Positions 22,147 to 33,700 of a DNA stretch of 64,000 bases are shown one piece after another. This DNA is from Macrostomum lignano. Its lineage: Eukaryota. Numbering within the stretch: position 1 is the stretch's first letter; every line of letters begins with the position of its first letter. The position numbers and the translations under genes are program-made. Location: contig NIVC01003477.1 in assembly GCA_002269645.1 (NCBI GenBank), forward strand, positions 1 through 64,000, given 5' to 3'. Under the pieces are notes generated by a model. It had not been told where the DNA came from. It made no database searches and worked only from the letters and a program-made list of their open reading frames with translations.

Positions 22147-25100
22147 ATGGAGGCTGGGGGTGCCGGCTCTAGCACCGAAGACTTGGTTGATTCGGCCATA
22201 CAGGAGTCTGCAGCAGTGGCCTCGCTTCGCTATCTAAATAGCTCAACAGGTTCCACAAATCAGCAGTCAATGTCTTCCCAGCGTCCGAAAGCGGCAAAGC
22301 CAAGAAATCCGTTTCTTGAAGAAGAAGAAGACTTTGATAGTAAAAGCGACATTGGCGATGCTAGTGCTACTCATGTACAGTTTCAGCAGCAGCTGCAGCA
22401 AAACGCGCAACAATCTCAGTTGCAAAAGCAACAAGAAAGCAAAGTATCTGTGCACAAGTTTGCCGAATATTTGTTAACAAACAAATTCTATTTAACCGCC
22501 TTGGAGTACCATGCCGAACTGTGCGAGCGCGGCGAGCCGCAGGTGTCTAGATTGGCGAATTTCTTTAGTAATCCGGGAAATTTCGAGTCCACTTATTGGC
22601 CAGCCTTGGACAGCCACGCTGGCGGACACAGTTCCGGCCGGATGCAACGATCGCCGAGCGTCACCACCTTCGATTCCATGGATGCGGCTAGAAACTCGGA
22701 CAATGGCGATCAGGCCACTGACGAACGCGTCCCTGTGTTAGAATTCGAGCTGAGAAAAGCTCGAGAAACGATTGCTAGCTTGCGGCAGGAGCTCACTGAT
22801 AAGGCTAAATCCTTGCTGCAGCCTCATCGACTGTCTGAGGAGGATCCAGACGCTGCCTCGGCCGCTGCCACTGGAGGAGCAGCTGGAGGCGCAGTTGTCG
22901 GTGGTGCCAATGAAGGTGACGAGACTGACAGCGGATGGCAGGCCAGTTCTTCAGCTGACGAGCCAATCCAAAGTCACGAGAAGCGCGTATTGAACTTTCT
23001 AATTTACGAGTACCTGCTGCAGATGGATTATAAGTACACGCCGGCATCCTTTGCCGAAGAGAATGCCGATCAAATATTCGACTCCTGGGACGATGTCGGC
23101 TTGAATATGCCCAAGCCGAAGGATCTATTAAGGATGTTGAGATCGCAGGAGTCTGCATCAGCCGCAGCTGCTGCTGCCGCCGCTGCTGCGGCGTTGCAAA
23201 CTGCGGAGGCTGAATGTCAGACAGATCCAGATGAGCAGCGGTTGGCTTGGGAACGGGAGCGAGTTGAACTGCGCGAACGAACCGAAGAGCTGGAAGAATT
23301 AGTTGATCAGCTCAAGGCTGAGTCGGCTGCTAGTAAACAGCGTATGCTCAAGCTGGAAAATGACTTGCATAGAGCCAGGTAGCCTTTTTATTTGTATCCT
23401 GGGGAGTTTTTAAGCCTCAGAATCAAATAATATACTTAAAATCTCTCTCTATCCTACTCTTTACACTGCTAAGCCTCTGACTCACAGGCTGCTAACTCAG
23501 TCAGAGAGGTTGCTAACTCAGTGGAAGAGGTTGCTAACTCAGTCAGAGAGGTTGCTAACTCAGTGAAAGAGGTTGCTAACTCAGTGAGAGAGGTTGCTAA
23601 CTCAGTCAGAGAGGTTGCTAACTCAGTGAGAGAGGTTGCTAACTCAGTCAGAGAGGTTGCTAACTCAGTGAGAGAGGTTGCTAACTCGGTGAGAGAGGTT
23701 GCTAACTCAGTCAGAGAGGTTGCTAACTCAGTCAGAGAGGTTGCTAACTCAGTCAGAGAGGTTGCTAACTCAGTCAGAGAGGTTGCTAACTCAGTCAGAG
23801 AGGTTGCTAACTCGGTGAGAGAGGCTGCTAACTCAGTCAGAGAGGTTGCTAACTCAGTCAGAGAGGTTGCTAACTCAGTCAGAGAGGTTGCTAACTCGTC
23901 AGAGAGGTTGCTAACTCAGTCAGAGAGGTTGCTAACTCAGTCAGAGAGGTTGCTAACTCAGTTGTAGGGATTGCTAGCCCAGTAGGTCTGGCTTATTTGC
24001 CCTCTGAGAGTCAGAAAGTTAAGCAGAATAGACCGTGGTTAGTACGCAGCTCTTCCTTAACATGTTTTTTATAGTCTGTCACCTTGTGAATATAAAAGTA
24101 TAATTTATAATTTTTATTGTGTTTATCGGGTCTGGACTTATAAACCCGTGCACAATTGATCCAACAGGTCCAACATGGTGTCTACTAAGAGCAAAAGATC
24201 AGACACCGCAGGCACAGCCAATAGCGACGGCTCCGGATCCGCTTCGGTTAATCGTGAAGTTGACGAACTCATGGAAGATGAGGAGCCCAGCTTTACCGCC
24301 ACGTCTCGCTCGGTGCCGCAGTTATTTATCAGACAACTGTACCAGTCTGTGCTGCCGTTCCGTCTAGAGGAGAGCTTGGTTACCATGGGAACCAGTCCAG
24401 AGGAGCTGGTCCGCATTCTTGGCCACGTGCTACCCTGCCTCATACCGGGCGTGCTGTTTGACTATCGGCATCTAGCAGTGCCGCTGGCGGTTCACACGGC
24501 CTGCCTGCACCCGGACTCCGGAGCCCGAGACCAACTGCTCCGCCTGTTGTTTAACATGACCAAAACTCCTGACAGGAAGCAGAGAAATGAAATTTTAGAA
24601 GGCTGTTTAAGCTTCGCTAAAAGTGTCGGGCCCAGCCGGATTGAAGCGGAACTGCTGCCTCAGATCTGGGAACAATTGGGTCACAAGGCCGACTCAAGGC
24701 GGCTGCTTGTTGTTGAAGCCTGCGCCACTTTGCTGCCATTTCTGCCAGCCACTCTGCGCGACTCTCTTGTGCTCAGCATGCTGCAGCAGATGTTTGAAGA
24801 GGAGCGCACCGCGGAAGTTCGTTGCGCTATCATCCGGACATTGTCTCTGTTGTCCTGCTATATTGAGGATCGGGATAAATTCCCAGCGATTGCAAAGATT
24901 TTAATTGCCTGTCTAACGGACGGGACTAGCGAGTCTATATCGGAGACTACAGCTGATTTCCTGTTGCCAGCTGTGGCCAGCTGGGCGCTGGAGCTGGGAT
25001 GCCTGCACACTGGCTTGATCGATCCTATGCTAGACAGATTGGACAGTTCTCTGCGTCAGCTGCCCAGTGTCTCGGAGGCGTTGCAATTGTCTCGACTGTT

Positions 25101-28100
25101 GCAATTGTTGCGACTGTTGGTGCCGTTTGTAGTTGTGTGGATTGTCAGGCACTTGCCGCAGAGTTCAGGTTGGTGTACATGCTTAACGATAAATAAAATC
25201 AGGGCCGCTGTTACATTCCTGTGTGAGTGTGTGCCTGTGCGTATGACTGCGTACGTATCCGCGCGCTTGTGTGTGCCTGCTCAAGGGGAGCAGATGTTTG
25301 AAGTCGGAGTGGAGTCGGTGGAATGGGCAGTAATGCCTCTCGCCGGTTGTGCGACAATGTCGTTTAAAGTGCGCCAGGGTGCACTCTGTTCTGAATATTC
25401 ACCGGTGTCTCAGCCCGGCTGTTCACCGGGATCTCAGCCCTGCTGTTCACTGGGATCTCAGCCCGACTGTTCACCGGGATCTCAGCCCGGCTGTTCACCG
25501 GGGTCTCAGCCCGGCTGTTCACCGGGATCTCAGCCCGGCTATTCACCCGGTATCTCCACCCGTCCTGTTCACCGGGGTCTCAGCCAAGCTGTTCATCGGG
25601 ATCTCAGCCCTGCTGTTCACCGGGATCTCAGCCCTGCTGTTCACTGGGATCTCAGCCCGGCTGTTCACCGGTAGCTTAGCCCGGCTGTTCACCGGGGTCT
25701 CAGCCAAGCTGTTCACCGGGATCTCAGCCCTGCTGTGTAAAATTTTTTCGTACTAACTAAAATTAACAGTTTGTTTCCTGACTTACTATTAGTAGTATTA
25801 TATCGTCTATTTATTTCTAACAGGCTATGGACAGCATCAACAACAGCAGCAGAAAAATCTGTTCCGCTCAGCAGTAGAGCAATCAGCTGTTTCTTCAAGC
25901 AATGGCGAATCAAATTCCATCTCGGGTGGGGCGGCATCGTCTGCGGCTGTTGCTTCGGCCAATCAGAGTCGACCGAATCTCTATGCTTATGACCTTATTT
26001 GTCCTAGCTTTGCTTTGTACAGCCAGGCCTTGCACTGCTACTGCAGTCAGCCGGCTTGGGAAGCCTGGTCCGAGGCCGCCTACATCAATGCCCGCCTAGC
26101 GCCTGGCCTGCTCACAGTTCTCCAATGCCAGCATATTAACGAAGTTCACTGCTCGGCTGTTTGTCGCCTATTTGCTCAACTTTCAGCTAGTCTGGGTGTC
26201 TATTTTGTACAGCGCACCCTGATGCCGCTCATGCGGCGCCAGCTGTACGACTTGACTACTTCGCAACTGAGATTGGACGCCTTGGAGACCTGCCTACCTG
26301 CCGGCTATTGCGTCTGCCTGTTGGCCGCCTGCAGTGAGGACGAGACTGACACCTACGAGGCCGAGTTGCGAGATGAAGTTCATAAGGTACTCTTTCTTGT
26401 CAATTCGTTTCTTTTATCATCGTTCTCTGATTGTAGCTAAATTTGTCGGTAATTGCATCGGTATGTGTCGATGTCAAAGTGTCGCTAAATGTGTCAGTAT
26501 GTCTCGATGTCAAAGTGTCACTAAATGTGTCAGTATGTCTCGATGTCAAAGTGTCGCTAAATGTGTCGGTATGTCTCGATGTTAAAGTGTCGCTAAATGT
26601 GTCGGTATGTGTCGATGTCAAAGTATCACTAAATGTGCCGGTATGTCTCGATGTCAAAGTATCGCTAAATGTGTCGGTATGTGTCGATGTCAAAGTGTCG
26701 CTAAATATGTCGGTATGTGTCGATGTCAAAGTATCACTAAATGTGCCGGTATGTCTCGATGTCAAAGTATCGCTAAATGTGTCGGTATGTTTCGATGTCA
26801 AAGTGTCGCTAAATATGTCGGTATGTCTCGATGTCAAAGTGTCGCTAAATGTGTCAGTATGTCTCGATGTCAAAGTGTCACTAAATGTGTCAGTATGTCT
26901 CGATGTCAAAGTGTCGCTAAATGTGTCGGTATGTCTCGATGTTAAAGTGTCGCTAAATGTGTCGGTATGTGTCGATGTCAAAGTATCACTAAATGTGCCG
27001 GTATGTCTCGATGTCAAAGTATCGCTAAATGTGTCGGTATGTGTCGATGTCAAAGTGTCGCTAAATATGTCGGTATGTGTCGATGTCAAAGTATCACTAA
27101 ATGTGCCGGTATGTCTCGATGTCAAAGTATCGCTAAATGTGTCGGTATGTTTCGATGTCAAAGTGTCGCTAAATATGTCGGTATGTCTCGATGTCAAAGT
27201 GTCGCTAAATGTGTCGGTGTGTTGATGTCAAAGTGTCGCTAAATGTGTCAGTATGTCTCGATGTCAAAGTGTCGCTAAATGTGTCAGATGTCTCGATGTC
27301 AAAGTGTCGCTAAATGTGTCAGTATGTCTCGATGTCAAAGTGTCGCTACATGTGCCGGCATGTCTTGATGTCAAAGTGTCGCTAAATGTGTCGGTATGTC
27401 TCGATGTCAAAGTGTCGCTACATGTGCCGGTATGTGTCGATGTCAAAGTGTCACTAAATGTGTCGGTGTGTGTCGATGTCAAAGTATCACTAAATGTGCC
27501 GGTATGTCTCGATGTCAAAGTGTCGCTAAATGTGTCGGTATGTGTCGATGTCAAAGTGTCACTAAATGTGCCGGTATGTGTCGATGTCGTAGAGTCCCTC
27601 ATGTGTCGATTTCCAAGTGTCGCCTAATGTGTCGGTGTGTGTCGATTTTAATGTGTCAGTTTGTGTGATGTTCAGTTGTCGCTAAATGTGTCAGTATGTG
27701 TCGATATCGAAGTGTCGGTAAAGATACATTCGTATAGGTGCCGCTACACTGATTAATGCTTATCAAAAATGCTGCCACTGCTCCACAGGTGCTCCTAGAC
27801 GGTGTCGCAGCGCTAGCCAACAGTAAACGCCGCCTCAACGGTATCTGCGCCTGTCTTAAAGAACTGTGCAGCTGCCTGCCTAGCGGTAGCGGCGAGCGAG
27901 CTGCCCTTCGTCTACTGTGGGACTGCATCGTTCTTCCAGAAGCAACTGTCGAACTACGGTCGGCCTGTTGCCGGCTGTGCAACGCTTTAGTGCACAGCAC
28001 AGAGAATGAAGCCACAATAGGCGAGACAGTGAAAGCTTTGGTCACCCTGGCATCGGATTCGTCGAGTGCAGTACGCCGAGCCTGTGTGAAACCACTGGGC

Positions 28101-28661
28101 TCGATTTTAACGCTGGCTAAATCAGCCGAACTGTTAGACAAAGTGCGGGTGCAGACTAGCGAGATCCTGTTCGACCCGGGCCCTGATGACGACATGGAGT
28201 CCAGGATTGAGTGCGCCAACTATTGCACCGCTTTTGGGCCGAAGGTTGATCAAAGATTTCGCGAAGATGTCCTGCTGCCCGCGCTGGACAGGCTGACAGT
28301 TGGTTGTCCGACATCGGCTGCTGGACAGAAACTGTTGCTAAGCCTATTCGAAGCCTACTCAGCTCTGAGCTGTTCGTATCTAAGCGCCGGAGCCGCTGAG
28401 AATAAGCTGTTGCCAGGCCTGAAACAGCTAGCTGATAAATTGATAAGCCACCCGGATCACCGCACTGTGATTGATGCGATTGTTCAAGATTTTGAAGCCA
28501 GACTGCAGGTCTCTATGCAGCCAGCTGAGCAGCAACAACAACCGCAACAGCAGCAGCAGCAGCAAGCAAATGAAGCAACGAAATCTTCCGGTCTAGTCGA
28601 TCGATTGAAAGATTTTCGGGATAGCAAAAATTCGCGATCTCTGTTTGGACGTAAAAAATGA
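22147..28661 (+). CDS. RELCH: RAB11-binding LisH/coiled-coil/HEAT-repeat protein (KIAA1468), 4 exons, ~1222 aa
   Basis: Exons 22147..23378, 24168..25168, 25824..26386 and 27789..28661; all GT-AG, phases 2/1/0 match. Motifs LTALEYHAELCERG, FFSNPGNFE, DERVPVLEFELRKARETI, LisH EKRVLNFLIYEYLL..YK.T..SFAEEN.DQ.FD.WDDVGLN, and HEAT region RIEAELLPQIWEQLGHK...RRLLVVEAC. Confidence 0.92.
23490..23962. repeat. 21-bp minisatellite in RELCH intron 1 (GTTGCTAACTCAGTCAGAGAG)
   Basis: Direct reading; explains the VREVANS ORF. Confidence 0.96.
25399..25736. repeat. 24-bp minisatellite in RELCH intron 2 (CTGTTCACCGGGATCTCAGCCCGG)
   Basis: Direct reading. Confidence 0.95.
26440..27710. repeat. 36-bp minisatellite in RELCH intron 3 (ATGTCTCGATGTCAAAGTGTCGCTAAATGTGTCGGT)
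   Basis: Direct reading; explains the CLDVKVSLNVSV and TLTSRHTDTFSD ORFs. Confidence 0.96.
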
Positions 28662-29564
28662 GAAAAAAATTTGCGAACGCTTTTATAATAACGAAGATTT
28701 AATAATTCCACTAACAGAACAATTTGTTAATCGGCTGGACTTTCAGGGATGCTTTAAAGATATTTTAAAGGCTCATATGATTAAAAGTACTTTTGGAGAC
28801 AGAATAAATACGAGTATTGAAAGTTTAAATTAACATCACGATAGAGCCCAGGAGGTTGTCATGCAATTCACACCCTGAGAGTGTACATGCCTGATGATTA
28901 GAAAGTCAAGGGGCCGCTGGAGATTAGCAGTTTTAAGACACAACACAAGCCTATTGTTAACTTCACGTGCCTAAATTTTAATTAATTGGATAATTTCTAC
29001 AATACAATAATTGGATAAATTTATAATATACACTAATGCATGTGGTCACATAATATGCTCGGAGCTCGCTTCGATCTTTGCTAAAGCTTTCATCTAATTG
29101 ATTTAATAGAAGCAATTCAAAAGTTGTGATATGTGTTAAAGTGCGTTTTTTTAGAAACATAAAACAAACAGATTTTCAATAGTTCTGTCCATTATTGGCT
29201 TGCTGTACATTATATAATATATTTCATGAATTGCTTAAGACATGCCGATACAGAATAACATTCCAAGGTAATCAATGCTTTACTTAATAATTCCGCGTAC
29301 ACGATTATATAACGGAGAGGAGTAATCTTAATTAAGAAATATTAGAAGTTCATTGTCATTCACTTTTTTTGTCTGACTTTTCGCGTTCTTTTCGTCGGTA
29401 ATGAATCAAAGACCAAATGTAATAAACATTCATTATTCCTTTCTTGTGATGTACTTATTATGTCGGCAGTAATTTTTTATGATAATCCAAATAAATTATT
29501 TCAAGAAATGTTCTTTATATTCCTTAAAAATCTGGTCTCTTCATTTTAGCCAAGCGAGTGAATT

Positions 29565-30695
29565 TAGTAGGGGTAGGAAAGTGGGGTCAGCTGGTGGGGG
29601 TAGGAAAGTGGGGTCAGCTGGTGGGGTAGGAAAGTGGGTCAGCTGGTGGGGGTAGGAAAGTGGGGTCAGCTGGTGGGGGTAGGAAAGTGGGGTCAGCTGG
29701 TGGGGGTAGGAAAGTGGGGTCAGCTGGTGGGGGTAGGAAAGTGGGGTCAGCTGGTGGGGGTAGGAAAGTGGGGTCAGCTGGTGGGGGTAGGAAAGTGGGG
29801 TCAGCTGGTGGGGGTAGGAAAGTGGGGTCAGCTGGTGGGGGTAGGAAAGTGGGGTCAGCTGGTGGGGGTAGGAAAGTGGGGTCAGCTGGTGGGGGTAGGA
29901 AAGTGGGGTCAGCTGGTGGGGGTAGGAAAGTGGGGTCAGCTGGTGGGGGTAGGAAAGTGGGGTCAGCTGGTGGGGGTAGGAAAGTGGGGTCAGCTGGTGG
30001 GGGTAGGAAAGTGGGGTCAGCTGGTGGGGGTAGGAAAGTGGGGTCAGCTGGTGGGGGTAGGAAAGTGGGGTCAGCTGGTGGGGGTAGGAAAGTGGGGTCA
30101 GCTGGTGGGGGTAGGAAAGTGGGGTCAGCTGGTGGGGGTAGGAAAGTGGGGTCAGCTGGTGGGGTAGGAAAGTGGGGTCAGCTGGTGGGGGTAGGAAAGT
30201 GGGGTCAGCTGGTGGGGGTAGGAAAGTGGGGTCAGCTGGTGGGGGTAGGAAAGTGGGGTCAGCTGGTGGGGGTAGGAAAGTGGGGTCAGCTGGTGGGGTA
30301 GGAAAGTGGGGTCAGCTGGTGGGGTAGGAAAGTGGGGTTAGCTGGTGGGGGTAGGAAAGTGGGGTCAGCTGGTGGGGGTAGGAAAGTGGGGTCAGCTGGT
30401 GGGGGTAGGAAAGTGGGGTCAGCGGTTGGGGGGTAGGTTAGTGGGGCTAGCGGGTCGGGGGTAGGAAAGTGGGGTTAGCGGGTCGGGGGTAGGAAAGTGG
30501 GGTTAGCGGGTCGGGGGTAGGAAAGTGGGGTTTGCGGGTTGGGGTAGGAAAGTGGGGTTAGCGGGTTGGGGTAGGAAAGTGGGGTTAGCGGGTTGGGGTA
30601 GGAAAGTGGGGTTAGCGGGTTGGGGTAGGAAAGTGGGGTTAGCGGGTTGGGGTAGGAAAATGGGGTTAGCGGGTTGGGGTAGGAAAATGGGGTCT
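29565..30695. repeat. 27-bp G-rich intergenic minisatellite (GGGGTCAGCTGGTGGGGGTAGGAAAGT), ~40 units
   Basis: Direct reading; a variant GGGGTTAGCGGGTTGGGG block occurs at the 3' end. Confidence 0.97.
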
Positions 30696-30750
30696 GATAT
30701 CTAAATTCTGATATCTAATCAATCATTCAATTCTATTTTTTCATGCAACA

Positions 30751-33700
30751 ATGACAATCGGCGCATGCTTTTTCGGCTTTGGCAAAAAGAAAAAGAATGC
30801 AAATAAGTAAGTTGAAATAAATGCCAATTTTCTATGCTAATTATTCTACAAATGTAGAAAGCAGTACAACGGTTTTTAAATCATTTAAATACTTGATTTC
30901 GCTACTTATAGTAGAAATATGCAAATAATATTTTACTATCTTTATTTATCCAGAGAGATAACTCTAGCAATATTCGGCATTGACAATGCCGGTAAAACCA
31001 CGACAACAAAAAGTATTCGAGGCGATTCGCTAGAAGTCTGTCCAACAATGGGCTTCGATCTAATCGAATTCAGTCTGGATAGTTACAATGTCTCCATGTA
31101 CGATATTGGCGGCAGCGGCAACCTTCGCAGCATATGGAATAATTATTTAAGCGAGATACACGGCCTAGTGTATGTTGTTGACTCCTGCGATGCCGATAGG
31201 CTGGATGAGACCAGGGCTACTCTGGCTGGTCTCCTGCAGAATGAGCTGATTCAGGGCAAACCTGTGCTACTGCTGGCTAATAAGCAGGACTCTGCTGAGG
31301 CTATGGACGAGGCTGAGATTGTTTCTTCACTGCGACTGTCTGAGCTGGCCTGCGCTAACAGGTGTCCCTGCCGCCTGGAGAGATCTGTGAGTTGGGCTTG
31401 TTTTATTTTCTACTTTGCGTCTGCTGGTTTATCATCTTGTGTCTTTGCTCAGCTTCTGAGCTCCACTTTCTAATTTCTTTTTCCTCTATCCGCTGTCTCC
31501 CTCCTTCCCTCTATCCGTAGTCGCCTTCCCGCTATCCACTGTCTCCTACCCTCTATCCACTGTCTCCTTCCTTCTATCCGCTGTCTCCTTCCTTCTATCC
31601 GCTGTCTCATTCCTTCTATCCGCTGTCTCATTCCTTCTATCCGCTGTCTCTTCCCTATCCGCTGTCTACATCTCTCTATCCGCCGTCTCCTTCCCTCTAT
31701 CCGCCGTCTCCTTCCCTCTATCCGCCGTCTCCTTCCCTCTATCCGCCGTCTCCTTCCCTCTATCCGCCGTCTCCTTCCCTCTATTAGTTGCCTCTTTCTT
31801 ACACTTCCACTCTCTCCTACACTTCATCCGCTGCAGTCGCCTCCAATTTATCGGCTCTCTCCAGTCTCCATCAGCATTGCCGCTCTGCCCCCTTTCCCCC
31901 AGGTGGCCAACATCGGCACGGGCACCAAGATGGACAAAGGCATCAAGACAGGCCTGCGCTGGCTGCTGCAGTACATCAGCATGAACTGGGAGGAACTGGA
32001 CGCCAGAGTCCAGCGGGACAAAGCCGCCAAAGCCGCCGCCGACGCCGAGGAAGCTGCCGCTCGCAAAGAGCGAGTCAGACGGCGGCGAGAGGAGCGGGAA
32101 CGTCAGGAAGCTGCCGAGGCGGCCGCCGCAGGCACCGCCCCGCTCGATGCCGCCGATAAGCCCGAAGATGATGCCGCGTCTGCGAGTGTTCCTGCCGCTG
32201 CAGCTGCCGCTGCTGATGAAGATAAAGATGCTAGCGATTTGCGTCCAAAACGACGCGGTGGAAGGCTGCGTCAGGTGTGTTAAATAATATTCCGATTATA
32301 GGCTAACCTACTGCTAGCGGCTTCCTGAACTCCCTTATTCTTATTCCTAAACTACTTGTTGATATCATTGCAGGCTGTCACTACAGACTCATTACAGGCT
32401 CAATACAGACTCTCACTACAGACTTTCACTACTACAGAATCTCACTGTAGTCTTGCTACAGAATCTCACTGCAGAATCACACTACAGACTCACTAGAGTC
32501 ACTACAGACTCACTACGGACTCAGTACAGAATCTCACTACAGACTGAGTACAGAATCTCACTACAGACTGAGTACAGAATCTCACTACAGACTGAGTACA
32601 GAATCTCACTACAGACTCAGTACAGAATCTCACTACAGACTCAGTACAGAATCTCACTACGGACTCACTACAGACTCACTACAGACTCAGTACAGAATCT
32701 CACTACAGACCCAGTACAGAATCTCACTACAGACTCAGTACAGAATCTCACTACAGACTCAGTACAGAATCTCACTACGGACTCAGTACAGAATCTCACT
32801 ACAGACTCACTACGGACTCAGTACAGAATCTCACTACAGACTGAGTACAGAATCTCACTACAGACTGAGTACAGAATCTCACTACAGACTGAGTACAGAA
32901 TCTCACTACAGACTCAGTACAGAATCTCACTACAGACTCAGTACAGAATCTCACTACAGACTCAGTACAGAATCTCACTACGGACTCACTACGGACTCAC
33001 TACAGACTCAATAGATTCTTTGAGTCCCGTCCTTCTCACTTTCTCAAACCAATATCAACTCAACTAGGTTGAACCGGTAGACCAGCCGAGCGGCGTCGAC
33101 AGCAGCAAGACTGCCGACGACAACGCCAAAAACCAAGCCGATTCCGACACCGAAGAGCCGGCGTCGGCGTCAGCCGCCAATCGACATCGACTAAATCGCC
33201 GACATCGTCGACGTAGCAGTGGCGGCTCCGGCGACTTCAACGAAGAGGACGGCAAAGAAGAGGACTACTATAGCGAGCGTCGCCGACGTTCTAGACGACA
33301 TCGTCGCGACGTCGATGATCCGACATCGGCCGCCGCTGTCGCGGCTGACGACCAGCCCGAGGAGAATAGCTCCGACCGGAAGCCGAAACAGAGATCGTCC
33401 TCTTCCGGCGAAAGATCGACTGCCGGCAAAACCGGGCGTCGGCATCGGCGGCTGGCACCGGCAGACGACGCCACTGAAGGCGACGGCCGGGCAGCGGCGG
33501 CGGCGGCGGCGGCCCCTCCGGTTGGGCTGTTCGAAATCGGCGCTGGTCCCAAAGGGCGAGGCGACGAGGCCGGCGGCGGCTCTAGCAGGCTGTCCAGTAA
33601 GTCGATTGTCTGATCCCATTTATCCCCTCTCTACTCACCTGTCTGATCCAATTATCCCCTCTATTCTCACTTGTCTGATCCCATTTATACCCTTTTTACT

